Part shown: positions 1 through 11,419 of the stretch, in pieces
Layout of the letters: every line of letters starts with the position of its first letter
How positions within the stretch are numbered: position 1 is the first letter of the stretch
From: Octopus bimaculoides
Lineage: Eukaryota
DNA: 64,000 nucleotides
Direction: 5' to 3'
Assembly (NCBI RefSeq): GCF_001194135.2
Contig: NC_068990.1
Span: forward strand, 65,914,901-65,978,900
Position numbers and translations under genes: made by a program
Notes under the pieces: generated by a model
The model's database searches: none
What the model saw: the letters and a program-made list of their open reading frames with translations, nothing else
Told to the model about the DNA's origin: nothing

Positions 1-919
1 AGCCATTTATTTTACTTAACCCATAGGGATGAAAGGTAGAGTCGGACATGACAGGATTTCAAATTAGAAGGGCGGAAACTAAATATAATATTTGTCATTT
101 AATGCAGTGACTCACTATTTCTTCCCACTCATCACCTCTTTATTGCTATAGCTCATAAATTATATTGCATTCATCAATGCCAAAGAGAATTTTGAAAGAA
201 AAATGTTTAAAATATCACGATATGCATTACGCTATAGAGATAGAGAAAACAGGAAGTGACTTAATTCCCATTTAAATATTATAAATACACATTAAAATAA
301 TTATGCAGATTTTTCATCGGTAATTACACTCTATAAATATTTGAAATGCACAGCCTAAATATTTTGCATAAAAACTATTAATCTTCATCTTTTATGCTAT
401 TCATTTTAACATGCCTTAATATAAGTCTGTTGTTTCATGTTCGCATATAAATCTCTGGCTTCGATGAATTATTTAAACTCTTAAATTGCAAACTGCTTTC
501 GTGCGTGAATTTGGAGATTTAAGGATTGTTTGAGGGAAATATATCTTATATTTATGAGTTAATTGATTGAAATGAAATGCAACTCGAATATATGGTTAAT
601 GAACTCTTTTCTGAGAAGTATAGGATTCTTAATAAAATTTCTCTGACAAATCTACTAGAAAATTCATACAGCTAACAAAACATTTACTCACCGATTTAAC
701 AAGTCATTATTTTCTCATTAAACAGAGCAACTAGTAGAGGAATCGATTAATAAGGGAGTTACAGTAACAAGTCAACTGAAACATCTAACGAAAAACAGAA
801 TGATGTATATACAATGACTTGATATACAAGGCACGAATTTTATTTCATTTTCTTGGTCCCTGCGACTCAACACTGCTTATCCGGTTTGGGTGACATATAA
901 ACGACCGAGGTAATATTAT

Positions 920-1115
920 CCCTGAACGGCTTGCAATTTTGAGAGAAAGAAGCAAGTCGATTACATCTACCCAATACTTCAATGATACTGTATTTTATCG
1001 GTACAGAAGGGATAAAGGACAAAGTTGACTTTGGCGGCATTTGAACTCAGAATGTAAAGAGTCGGAAGATATGCCACTAAGCATTTTGTCCGACGTGCTA
1101 AGGATTCTACCGATC
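920..1115 (-). mobile_element. Degenerate tRNA-derived SINE (family with head aaggcggcgagctggcagaatcgttagc...gagttcaaattccgccgagg)
   Basis: + strand reads ggataaaggacaaagttgactttggcggcatttgaactcagaatgtaaag...gcattttgtccgacgtgctaaggattct, the reverse complement of the SINE head with B-box-like GAGTTCAAAT. The same family recurs at ~1-90, 19440-19910, 35790-35990, 39030-39510, 40500-41040, 42517-42706 and 53640-53830. Confidence 0.75.
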
Positions 1116-1946
1116 CACTGTTTTGAATGTGTGTTGTAATTTCATCTTTCTTGCTTTCTGAACAAAAGGTAGGGGATCGCTGCTTCGTAATAAGTAATTA
1201 TTTTTAAAAATAAAAGTGCAGTGACTGGCAATGCAATTGCAGACGACATACTGTAGAAAACTGTATCAGGTACAGTTGTTTTGAGCGTAAGCTGAAAAAT
1301 AAAGTATCACGCTGACGAAAAAACCCCCAAAAAACCAAGAATAACAATGGAAGAAAGGGAGGGAGAACGAAAGAGAAGAACAAAACAAAAGCCACAGATT
1401 CGAAGAGAAGTGAGGACAAACTATAAGAATTAAATATAAAAGTATGAGATAAGAAGTTGGGGAAGAGAGACAGAACTTCTACAACAAAAATAACAAAAAT
1501 GATAACCAGAAAAGCAATAACTAAATAATTAGCTGAAGGATGACGAACAGAAAGCAAAGATGTTGAAATGTTTTTGAGAAGAGCTTCATATGTAGAAAGC
1601 ACTTTGGTTATTCCAAACTTTGGTCTAATATTTGAAACGATGCGTAATTTTGGTGCAGGTCGAGCGAATTCTACAAGAAGACAATTCAACCGTTATGCAA
1701 ACATAGCTGTCATTTGGAGTTATTCAACGGCCAATACACACAAACACATACCGACTTGAATTTGTATGTATGTATGTATGTAAATAGCTGTGTGTGTACA
1801 TATATATACGTGCACACACACGCACAAGTTCGCGCGCGCACACACACAGAGATATATACACATACACATTTTCATTTGTGTGTATAGGGAAGTATGTATG
1901 TATATATATATATATATGTGTGTATGTGTGTTTGTGTTTGTGAGTG

Positions 1947-1978
<32 letters not shown>

Positions 1979-2429
1979 TCACACAAAAATACACATGCAT
2001 ACATGCATACTTATCTATATATCTATATCTGTCTATCTGTCTGCCTGTCTGTTTGTCTGTATATTTGAATGTAATAGTTAATGTACATGGTACTGTTCTA
2101 TTGAAACTTTAAAAGCTTATCTCTCCAACGTAAATTAGTTTCAAAAAAAATCTCTTCTAAAATATAAAAAAAAATAATAAATAAACGTTTGTCTTACTTT
2201 CATTTTTACTATATTTTGAAGAAAAATCTTATCTTTATGTTTTTGAAAGTCGATAAGAATTACAGAAAGTTTGAAAATAACTTTAGCACAATGTGCAAAA
2301 AATTTTTCTCTGAAGAGATGCAACGAGAACATATTCTGAAATAAATGCTTTTTTATATTGGGTGAGAAAAAGAGCCCCTCAAGGAAAATATAAAACAAAA
2401 CAAAAAATAAAACCAAAAATAAGCAAAGC

Positions 2430-3650
2430 GAAATGTTCTGCTTCAGGGTTGTCTACTGCCTCCATTGTTGTTTGTTGTTTAACATTTGCAAAAATGATGA
2501 GCAGGCGGATGATAATTCTCAGCGTTTTTATCTATACTGGTATTTCTTTGCACAGTCTGTCAAAAGATGTTTCAACGATACGAAAAAAAAAAAAAAACTG
2601 AGTACAGCTTTAGACAATCTAGCGTTTTACATTTACTTTAATTACTAATTCTGTGAAAGTACAAGTTTTTGCTTTCCGTCTAGGAAGAAAAGAAAGCAAG
2701 ACTGGACGGAAACATAAAGGAAAATAACCATTGTAACCGTCACTTAAAATCTAATACAGAATGTCTACATTTACTACAAATATTGGAGAGTAGAGGGGTT
2801 ATGCAACGTCGAAACTATTAGAAGACATTAAAATTCTTATTAAACAATAATTAAGAACAATGAGAGGGAAGTAGAAATAGTGATGAAGTACAAGTTTAAA
2901 AAACTGTTTAATGTCTTAAAAGAAGCTAAAACTAATAAAACAGAAGATGAGATGAAGACTGATTATTCTAAAAGAAAAAAAATCCAAAGAACAGAAATTA
3001 TGAACAATATGAAAACTTGGAGACAGAGAAATCTGCTATAGAGTGGGCAGGTCATTGCAGTGGTCGCGGATGGCGATGAAATGACATTGACAAATCTAGC
3101 TGATTGATCGACCGAATGATTAATCAAACAATGAATTAGTTAATTGGTTGGCTAATTGAGAAATAATAATAAAATAAGTGAAATCGAAACTGTGCCTGTG
3201 ATTATTGTTGGAATAACGGCCTTTCCAGTAAACAACAAAATCTGTTTCGACACACATTTGCACATCAAGAACGTTGGAAACCATATTTAAAAAATGCAAA
3301 ACCTGAAAACTAAGCGAAAAAATAGTGCTGCATAATGTTGGGGAAAGCGATAACAGGAAATATATCAACATGGCCAAGAAATCTAAGAGAGTGAAAGGAA
3401 GTGAAGAGGTTGAGAATGGATGCAGAAAATTCGTAACAGTGGCTTGGAATCGCAGGATGGAAGCTGAGTCTGAGGAATCTTGATAACAGTAGGGGATCAA
3501 AAACACTTTTTATAAGAAACCACCACAAATTTGCACACTGCAGAATATATTGTGAAGAAACAGCCACAATTTCACCCGCTGCTTAAACACATAATAGAGA
3601 TGTGTGTTATATACTTTGAAAGTAAAGTTAGTATTATGAAATAGCAGAAA
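2430..3650 (+). pseudogene. Highly decayed R4/Dong-type (RLE) non-LTR retrotransposon, RT to C-terminal remnant
   Basis: Residual motifs in the expected order, across stops and frameshifts: VLLQGCLLPPLLF (RT QG..SP.LF), YKYWRV (YKYLG-like), HGQ, GILITVGDQ (G.I.A.QDQ-like). Interrupted by the 3050-3300 repeat. Confidence 0.5.
3050..3300 (+). repeat. Diverged interspersed repeat, copy 1 (homologous to 9519-9760 and 42270-42470)
   Basis: Shares ataagtgaaa..gaa.c..tgc.tgt...att..ttgg.ataacg and an ATTG/AATC-rich block with the other copies; starts with a decayed hammerhead-like motif. Confidence 0.65.
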
Positions 3651-4330
3651 AGAGGCAATATAAGCATTAAACTATACCAGTATTGTGAAACGTTTCTTCC
3701 TAATTTTGGCACAAGGCCAGCAATGTTCAGGGGAATGGGAATTGGACTGCATGGATCCGGTGCTAAACAACTGAAGCACAGCATTGTGAAATATTAAGAG
3801 ACAAGAGGTAGTGTAAACATAAAATTATGTCAGCATGATGAAACTTGAACAGGAAAAAAAAGGTGCTTTAACAATACGCCTGGAATCTATTCAGAAAATC
3901 ATAAACCAGGTCAGACTTTGAAATATTCAAGTTCTCTAATTTTTCTACCCTTTAAATATATATATATATATATANNNNNNNNNNNNNNNNNNNNNNNNNN
4001 NNNNNNNNNNNNNNNNNNNNNNNNNNNNNNNNNNNNNNNNNNNNNNNNNNNTATATACAGATATATACACCACACCACACCACACTACACCATACCACAC
4101 GACACAGCACATCACAACACACCACCACGCACCCACCAGCACTGACCAATTTCTATCCCCACATTTTCACACCTACACATACACACACGCACACGTGAAG
4201 ATCACCAGCCCTTTTTCACACGCACATAAGTAATCTCTTACACACACGCGCACCTTCGTTTTGGGATCACTAATACTTGGTTATCTCCCCTTCTTCTTAG
4301 CTCTCCTGTGTGACCCTTCTGTCTGGCATT

Positions 4331-4517
4331 CGCCATGATAGATCGCTAACCACCACACACATTTTTTTCTCTCCTTGTTACTTTCTGTGTTCCTTTCTGT
4401 AGAAGACCGTATGCTCGAAACGTTAAAGACTTTTTCAATTCCCGAGGGTTATACTAATACATCTGTTAGTTTTCTACACCACCTGTCTTCGTCTTTTGTT
4501 TTTTTTTTGTGAATTCT

Positions 4518-4520
<3 letters not shown>
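4331..4520 (+). mobile_element. Short hammerhead-motif repeat (Penelope-like terminal repeat or retrozyme-like), copy A
   Basis: Aligns by eye with 9959-10139 (-) and 41667-41850 (+): ccatgatagatcgcta.ccac...ctttctgt.gaagagcgta.gctcgaaacgttaaaga...ctaatacatctgt...tacaccacctgtcttc...aattctccc, then (TA)n. Confidence 0.8.
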
Positions 4521-4559
<39 letters not shown>

Positions 4560-4563
4560 TTTT

Positions 4564-4685
4564 GTGTATTAAGGTTATCATTGGCTTCATATTAAGGAAT
4601 GTGTCAAGAAATTTTCGAACCAATCACATCGAAAAAATTGTTGAGCTATATTTCTTGTATGAAAGCAATGGAATCCTTAATACAC
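4564..4685. repeat. Imperfect foldback (palindromic MITE-like)
   Basis: Ends gtgtattaagg / ccttaatacac are perfect 11-bp inverted repeats; internal arms (cattggcttcat / atgaaagcaatg, ttttcga / tcgaaaa) keep pairing to a ~10-nt loop. Confidence 0.65.
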
Positions 4686-5333
4686 TCAAAAAGGAATCTT
4701 TACCCAACACTGCGGTGTTGAGCACGCATTGTCACTGTTCAATATTCACCTGTGTGTGTAGATATATATGTGTATTTATAGATGTAAAAATACACATATA
4801 CACGCACACATACACACACTGAGACACGTATGTAAATATAAATATATCTATATACACATGCAAACACTAAACAGCAATGGTGTAAACAGATCACCATAGT
4901 TGTGAAGCCTTGCCGAACACAACCCCAAATAGAAGCAGACACACGGGCCCGCGCGTATGTATTTTTGATTTACAGCGGGTTTCAGCATCGTTTCTGTCTA
5001 CAAACTTCATTCACAATGCATTGGTGAAACCGAAACTAGGGTATAATGCATTTGATGAAGGTGCCTTGAACCGGAAACAGCATTTTTGCACTACAAATTT
5101 TGTAATGATAGTCACACCTCGATGTATATCTAGACAGAGCGAAAGGCAGACAAGAGAAAAGAGAGTTCTTTCTTCGCAACTCGAGGTTTGGTACACGAAT
5201 TCCCATTCACTATATATTGAGTACATCTTCATTATTTCCCGACAAAAAGCAACGTTTCAGTATACAATATATGCTCTACACTCTCTTCCTCACTCTGTGT
5301 TTCTCTTCCTCTCTCTCTCACTCGATGTACATC

Positions 5334-5373
<40 letters not shown>

Positions 5374-5611
5374 TGTGTGTGTGTGCGTGTGTGTGTGTAT
5401 GTGTGTGTGTGCGTATGTGTATGTGTGTGTGTGTGTGTGTATGTGTATTAACTTTAGACTTAGTTTTCATGCTAAAAATTTTAGTTATAAGACTTAGAGT
5501 TATGTTTAAAGAATACATTTATACATATGTACACACATATATGTACATACAAGCGTTATATAGGTATATATGTACGTATGTATGTATGTATGTATGTATG
5601 TATGTATGCAT

Positions 5612-5653
<42 letters not shown>

Positions 5654-6390
5654 TGCATGATTACATATATAAATGTATATGTAATGTTTGTGTATGCACC
5701 ACACTCATAAATGTATTATTGTGTAAGTTACATGCTGTCGGCTGAGAAATGTATCTGCACTTGACATGAACTGCAATATCTCTTTGATGTGCGCTGCCTT
5801 TTATGAGAGCCAAGAAAAAAAAAAGAGAAAAGCGAACTGAAACCCGGATATGGACATTGTATCCAGCCAAGAGACCTACATATAGAGGGAAAACACAACA
5901 TGTGAAGTTATACAAATTATAAGACGTAGATAACATCCAACAAACGTTATTACTCTGCTACAGGACATCTGAAATCAAAAAGTAACAGAACAAGTCGAAA
6001 CAAAGATATCAGAGCCTTGCACTCAGTAATTTGTATTATGTATACACGCACAAACCACACTCAAACTCACTTTTACAAATGCACACGCGGATGTCGAATT
6101 GCGTTGTATATCTTAACATACATACAGAAGCACACACACATACACGCATATATAGAGGGAAAAAGAGACGGTGGGTTCGTGTATGTATATATTTTTGCAT
6201 GGAATAGAATCGTAAACTTACGCATATATGTTTGGCAAAAGGGTGCGATATGATAGGACCCTGTTTATATCTATATGTCTGCCGATCTATTCTATATATA
6301 NNNNNNNNNNNNNNNNNNNNNNNNNNNNNNNNNNNNNNNNNNNNNNNNNNNNNNNNNNNNNNNNNTATATATATATATATATATATGTTG

Positions 6391-6682
6391 TGGCACTCCG
6401 TCGGTTACGACGACACAGGGTTCCAGCTGATCTGATCATCACGGAACAGCCTGCTCATGAAATTAACGAGTAAGTGTCTGAGCATTCCACACACATGTGC
6501 TCCCTTAATGTCGTTCTCGGGGAGATTCAGCGTGACACAGTGTGACAAGGCTGGCCCTTCGAAATACAGGTACAACAGAAACAGGAAAAAAAGAGTGTGG
6601 GAAAGTTGTGGTGAAAGAGTGCAGCAATGTTTGCCACCAACCCCTGCCGGAGCCTCGTGGAGCTTGAGGTGTTTCGCTCAAT
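6391..6682 (-). mobile_element. SINE-like interspersed repeat, body and 3' part (head missing)
   Basis: GC-richer tggcactccgtcggttacgacgac...ccggagcctcgtggagctt block between (TA)n tracts. It resembles a high-copy octopus SINE as I recall it; not searched. Confidence 0.6.
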
Positions 6683-7725
6683 ATATATATATATATATAT
6701 ATACAGATCACTCGAATGACAAGTATAGATTAAAATATAGTGTTTTATTGAGGCATAAAAAATTTGTAAGCCTTCAGTTCGAGTTTCTCATAACTAATCG
6801 TAAAAGACAAGTTAACTTTTGAAACAATAGAATGGTTTTAAATGGTGCACTGGTTATTAGTTGGTAAATATTGAAAGTAGACATCGAGAGTTGATTAGTC
6901 ATAGTGTTTCAAAATGAAATGGAATTTGTTGTATAATTCGGATCATCAGTAAAGAACGTTTGATGAACATGAAAGACGAGTGAAATGAACTTGCAAAAAA
7001 TGGAGCATTATGTGTTGCTGAAGGGAAACAGATATATAATCTGACGCCAGTGAAAACTCCAAATATGAAATATCTTAGAAATTAGGAAACAAATACGATG
7101 TATATCGACAGTGAAATTAGAATATAAAACGAGATCAAATAAATGATTTAATAAATAAATAAATTTGTCAGGACAAGGAGTGAAGGTAAATTTATTTAAG
7201 AAGGGGAAAAAGTGACAATATAATGCGAGAGATAGAGGGAGTGAATGAGAGAGAGTGAGAGAGAGAGAGAGTGAATGAGAGAGAGAGTGAATGAAAGAGA
7301 AAGAGACGATTGTTAAGAAAAGTATAATATTTTCTAAAATGCATACACCACGCTAAGAAACATTGATACATAACGTGAAAAGATACATAAATCGTGAGAT
7401 ATATTCGTAGGTAAAGAAGAGTGGGTGAAAGCGAGTAGAAAGCATATATTAGAGAAATTATAAATAAATGAATATAAATATAAGAGAGAGCGGGAGAGAG
7501 AGAGGGGGGATAGAGTGACAGTGAGAGATAGAGAGAAAGGAATCATGAGTGATCGGTGACGGGGCAAATAGAACTTCATGTGTATTTATGCCGTCTTAAG
7601 AACAAAACAGTCACAAAACATTGGTTAAAGTCTACAGACAAAGCATGGTTGGAAACAATGAGAGAACACGTGAAAACGTACATAGACTCGAAGAATTCGA
7701 AGAAATCAAAAAGGGAAATAGTAAG

Positions 7726-7761
<36 letters not shown>

Positions 7762-7763
<2 letters not shown>

Positions 7764-7955
7764 GAGAGTATTGTAGTTCGCTTGAAGCATTGTGTATTGT
7801 TTGTAAAGAATAAAAAGTTTAGAGTGGTACAACAATGCACTATAGAACAAAAAATGGACTATATACCTGTTATAATTTGGTTATCTATAGTCCGATGATA
7901 TTTCGGAATTGCAATTCCTTCTTCAGATCTTCTTTGCTGGAGTCTCTGCTATAAA
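7762..7955 (-). mobile_element. Short non-coding element carrying a hammerhead motif
   Basis: ~190-bp unit between a (TA)n tract and a SINE. It ends (minus strand) in ...ctctccc + (TA)n like the 4331/9959 family but is otherwise different in sequence. Confidence 0.5.
7894..7929 (-). ncRNA. Minimal type-I hammerhead ribozyme motif, canonical core
   Basis: Minus strand: GAT-CTGAAGA-A-GGAAT TGCA ATTCC-GAA-ATAT-C-ATC = 3-bp stem I, CUGANGA core, 5-bp stem II, GAAA, palindromic stem III, AUC cleavage triplet. Confidence 0.65.
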
Positions 7956-8120
7956 TCTATATATAAGTGACTGTGTGGTTGCAAGCTTGCTTCCCAGCCA
8001 CATGGTTGTGGGTTCAGTTCCACTGCGTGGCACCTTGGACAAGTGTCTCGTACTATAGCCTCGGGCCGATCAATGCCTTCGAGTGGATTTGGTAGATGCA
8101 AACTGAAAGAAGTCCGTCGT

Positions 8121-8415
8121 CGGTCATGGGACTGCACCTAGAAAGTTACCCTCTGAGGCACAAGTCCGGGCAAAGTTGTTTATGGAAGACCAGCAGTCAT
8201 CCATGCATACCAGCCTCCCTTCTCAACGCCACCAATGGTGTCCAAGGGAAAGGCAAAGGCCAATACAGCTCGGCACCTGTGACGTCGCAACTTATTTCTA
8301 CAGCTGAGTGAACTGGAGCAACGTGAAGTAAAGTGTGTTGCTCAAGAACACGACACGCAGCTCGGTCCGGGAATCGAAGTCACAACCTCACGATCGTAAG
8401 CTCGACGCTTGCGCC

Positions 8416-8417
<2 letters not shown>
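8121..8417 (-). mobile_element. tRNA-derived SINE nested in the opposite orientation
   Basis: Reverse complement starts aaggcgc...cttacgatcgtgaggttgtgacttcgattcccggaccg (B-box), then tgttcttgagcaacacactttacttcacgttgctccagttcactcagctg, the same core as the SINE at 54591. Confidence 0.8.

Positions 8418-8505
<88 letters not shown>
8418..8505. repeat. (CA)n microsatellite
   Basis: Uninterrupted CA repeat of about 88 bp. Confidence 0.98.
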
Positions 8506-8506
<1 letters not shown>

Positions 8507-9518
8507 CTTTCTGTGTGTGTTCGTGCCACTGTTTTTTGTCCTCCGTCATGGCTTGAGAACCGGTGCTGGTACCTTAGCGGTTCAGTAAAAAATCACCGAT
8601 GGAGTAAGTACCAGACTTAACAAAAAAAAAACAACAACAAAAAAACGTCAAAACAACATAAAACAAACAAACGAGTACTTGGATCGATCCATTCTACTAA
8701 AAATTCTTCAAAGCAGTGCCCCAGCATGGTCGCAGTCTAATGGCTGAAAGAAATGAAAGATAAAAGATTAAAAAAATATAGGTTGATACACTTAGGTTGG
8801 TGTGAGTGTTAGCTTTGTTAATAAATATAAACCTGTGTTTCTTGTGCGTAATGTGGCTTTATATACCTTGCGTGTTTGAGTGAAGTATAGTTCATTGTTA
8901 GTTGAATGCCTTATTCAGTATTTCTTTGAGTTATTAGAATGAAAGAGGAAGAATGTCAGTAAATTGTAATTTGATCTGTAACATCGCCTAAATAAGTTAA
9001 ACCGCTGGACTTGAATGTCAATACATACGCTCATACAAACCAATGCACACATCCATTCAGGAAGACAAAGACACTTACCATAAAATAAATAGATAAATGT
9101 CTAAACAAACGAAGCATTTAACCACTCACACCTTTCACAAAGTCTTAACCGTACGCATACATAAACGCGTGCACACATGCAAACACCTACACACATGCAA
9201 GCACATACACACGTAAGCACGTGCATAGATGTTCTTTCCCGCCCACTTACAAAATCTACACTATGTGACACAAGTGCACATCATTACATAACTCAAACAT
9301 GCACACACACTCACGCACACTCACACCAAAAGCCGCACATACACTCAAATCAACGATTGCACACACAAACTCACACCAGCGCGCACACAAGCGCATTCAC
9401 ACATGCGCACCCCTACTCTGTCTCTCCTGTTCTCCTTACATGCATTATCACTCGTATCCATAGAGATGTAGGGCCTGTAAACTAGGAGGCAGTCAGAACT
9501 GAAGTAGAGATAGTATGA

Positions 9519-9760
9519 CACTGAAGATGTCGAAATGGCAATGAAACATGTTCGAAGAATGTAACTGATTAATTGAATGATCTTACAATTAATCAATCAG
9601 TCAATGAGCTAATTGATTTATCCATTGACTAATAATAACATAAGTGAAACAGAATCAATGCATGTATTTTTATTGGTATAACGAACCTCCCGAGATACAC
9701 AATTCACTACACAATTTCACACAAAGAATCTTGCAAACCAAATGCAAAAATGAAATTTTA
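9519..9760 (+). repeat. Diverged interspersed repeat, copy 2, with decayed hammerhead-like head
   Basis: ctgaagatgtcgaaatggcaatgaaacatgtt at 9521-9552, then an ATTG-rich block and taagtgaaacagaatc...ataacgaacctcccgagatacac. Confidence 0.65.
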
Positions 9761-9958
9761 TGCAGTTATGTATGTATTAATATATGTGTGTATGTATGCA
9801 TGTAGGTATGTAGATAGATGGGTAGGTTTGTAGGTCTGTAAGAAGGTAGGTAGGTAGGTATACTTGAGTGCACGGATATAGTAAAATATATTTATGATAT
9901 ACATATATATATACACAGACACAGACACACGCACATTTATATATATATATATATATAT

Positions 9959-10139
9959 GGGAGAATTTACGAAAAAAAACAACAGACGAGGATAGGTGGT
10001 GTAAACAAAAAGGATGTATTAGCTTAACGCTCGAGAATAGAGGAAGTCTTTAACGTTTCGAGCTACGCTCTTCAACAGAAAGAATAAGGAGAAAAGCAAG
10101 GAGAAAAACAAGGAGAAAAAAAATTTAAATGTAGTGGTC
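9959..10139 (-). mobile_element. Short hammerhead-motif repeat, copy B
   Basis: Reverse complement of the 4331-4520 family; holds the best-paired motif at 10047-10083. Confidence 0.8.
10047..10083 (-). ncRNA. Hammerhead-like motif with variant core CUGUUGA
   Basis: Minus strand: TCTTT-CTGTTGA-A-GAGC GTA GCTC-GAA-ACGT-T-AAAGA = 5-bp stem I, 4-bp stem II, palindromic stem III. A6 is replaced by U and the triplet is GUU. Confidence 0.5.
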
Positions 10140-10312
10140 ATATATATATCCGATGGTTTTTGTTAAGCAGCACCGATTTTTACAATTCTCTAACTAATAA
10201 TAATAGTATTTTATAAGCTTAAGGTTTACAAGCGATCAACGCGCAATGGCTAAAAGAAATAGTCTAATAATGGGGCATAAAAGCCATCGACGGAAAAAAC
10301 GTAAGCTTTTCT

Positions 10313-10386
10313 CGTACGCGAAGGGCGTGAACCCACACCTGTTTATTTTCGCGACAACTGAGCTACCATTTATACTAACGTACAAC
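10313..10386 (-). pseudogene. tRNA-like sequence (pseudo-tRNA or SINE head)
   Basis: gttgtacgttagtataaatggtagc...gtgtgggttcacgcccttcgcgtacg: A-box-like TAGTATAAATGGT, B-box-like GGTTCACGCCC, GTACG/CGTAC acceptor-like pairing, T6 run about 14 nt downstream. The anticodon loop is non-canonical. Confidence 0.45.
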
Positions 10387-11419
10387 CTGCTTCTCTTGGT
10401 CAATGTTTAAGAACTGTACTTAGTTCGTAATTTTGTTTTTGTAAACAAACTTTCATGTGCTTTTACTGTGGTGATTTTTGTTAAGCAGCGTCAATTTTTA
10501 CAATTCTGTAACTAATAACAACAGTATTTTATAATCTATATTTTTCCATCGAGGGCTTATATGTTCCATTATTAGATTGTTTTCTTTAGTCATTCCGCAT
10601 GTTTTTGTTCCTAACTTTGACCCTCCATAAATAATAAATTTTATTTTAGAATTTATGGAAGCAACTGTCTTTGAAGACTCATACTGTCGCTGGATACTCG
10701 AGATGAGGAGTAGATAGACAGCCAACAACTGATGAAGGGTCTTTTCTCTGTGTTTACTTGTCCTGTTTTCCATTTGTTTCTCGTTTATGTATTTCATCCG
10801 TTTGTTTACGTATTTCATGTTGTTTGAAAAGTTGGTGATGTCCTGTACCCATATAGGCATGAATATATATATATATATAAATATATATATNNNNNNNNNN
10901 NNNNNNNNNNNNNNNNNNNNNNNNNNNNNNNNNNNNNNNNNNNNNNNNNNNNNNNNNNNNNNNNNNNNNNNNNNNNNNNNNNNNNNNNNNNNNNNNNNNN
11001 NNNNNNNNNNNNNNNNNNNNNNNNNNNNNNNNNNNNNNNNNNNNNNNNNNNNNNNNNNNNNNNNNNNNNNNNNNNNNNNNNNNNNNNNNNNNNNNNNNNN
11101 NNNNNNNNNNNNNNNNNNNNNNNNNNNNNNNNNNNNNNNNNNNNNNNNNNNNNNNNNNNNNNNNNNNNNNNNNNNNNNNNNNNNNNNNNNNNNNNNNNNN
11201 NNNNNNNNNNNNNNNNNNNNNNNNNNNNNNNNNNNNNNNNNNNNNNNNNNNNNNNNNNNNNNNNNNNNNNNNNNNNNNNNNNNNNNNNNNNNNNNNNNNN
11301 NNNNNNNNNNNNNNNNNNNNNNNNNNNNNNNNNNNNNNNNNNNNNNNNNNNNNNNNNNNNNNNNNNNNNNNNNNNNNNNNNNNNNNNNNNNNNNNNNNNN
11401 NNNNNNNNNNNNNNNNNNN

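Larger units (their letters stand above)
7966..8770 (+). mobile_element. tRNA-derived SINE split by a second SINE and a (CA)n tract
   Basis: Head gactgtgtggtt...ggttgtgggttcagttccactgcgtggcaccttgg (A/B-box-like) at 7966-8120; body resumes at 8506 (gcttgagaaccggtgctgg...ccccagcatggtcgcagtc...taaaaga). Other pieces of this family lie on the minus strand at 4980-5090, 23230-23395, 44930-45075, 48068-48290 and 50880-50960, and on plus at 58150-58310. Confidence 0.8.

Noticed and set aside
692-775. Minus-strand exon-like segment (tttcag ... CG/GTGAGT, 84 nt)
   Set aside because: Stops in all frames and no other support; such signals are frequent by chance in AT-rich DNA.
1204-1689. 161-aa hydrophobic minus-strand ORF
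   Set aside because: It is the antisense of an A/G-rich low-complexity tract; no domain motif.
7556-7727. Plus-strand ORF ending at a GTAAGT donor-like site
   Set aside because: No polypyrimidine acceptor upstream and no recognisable protein similarity.
10729-10745. ctgatgaaggg hammerhead-like start
   Set aside because: No stem II partner or GAAA downstream, so it cannot form the core.
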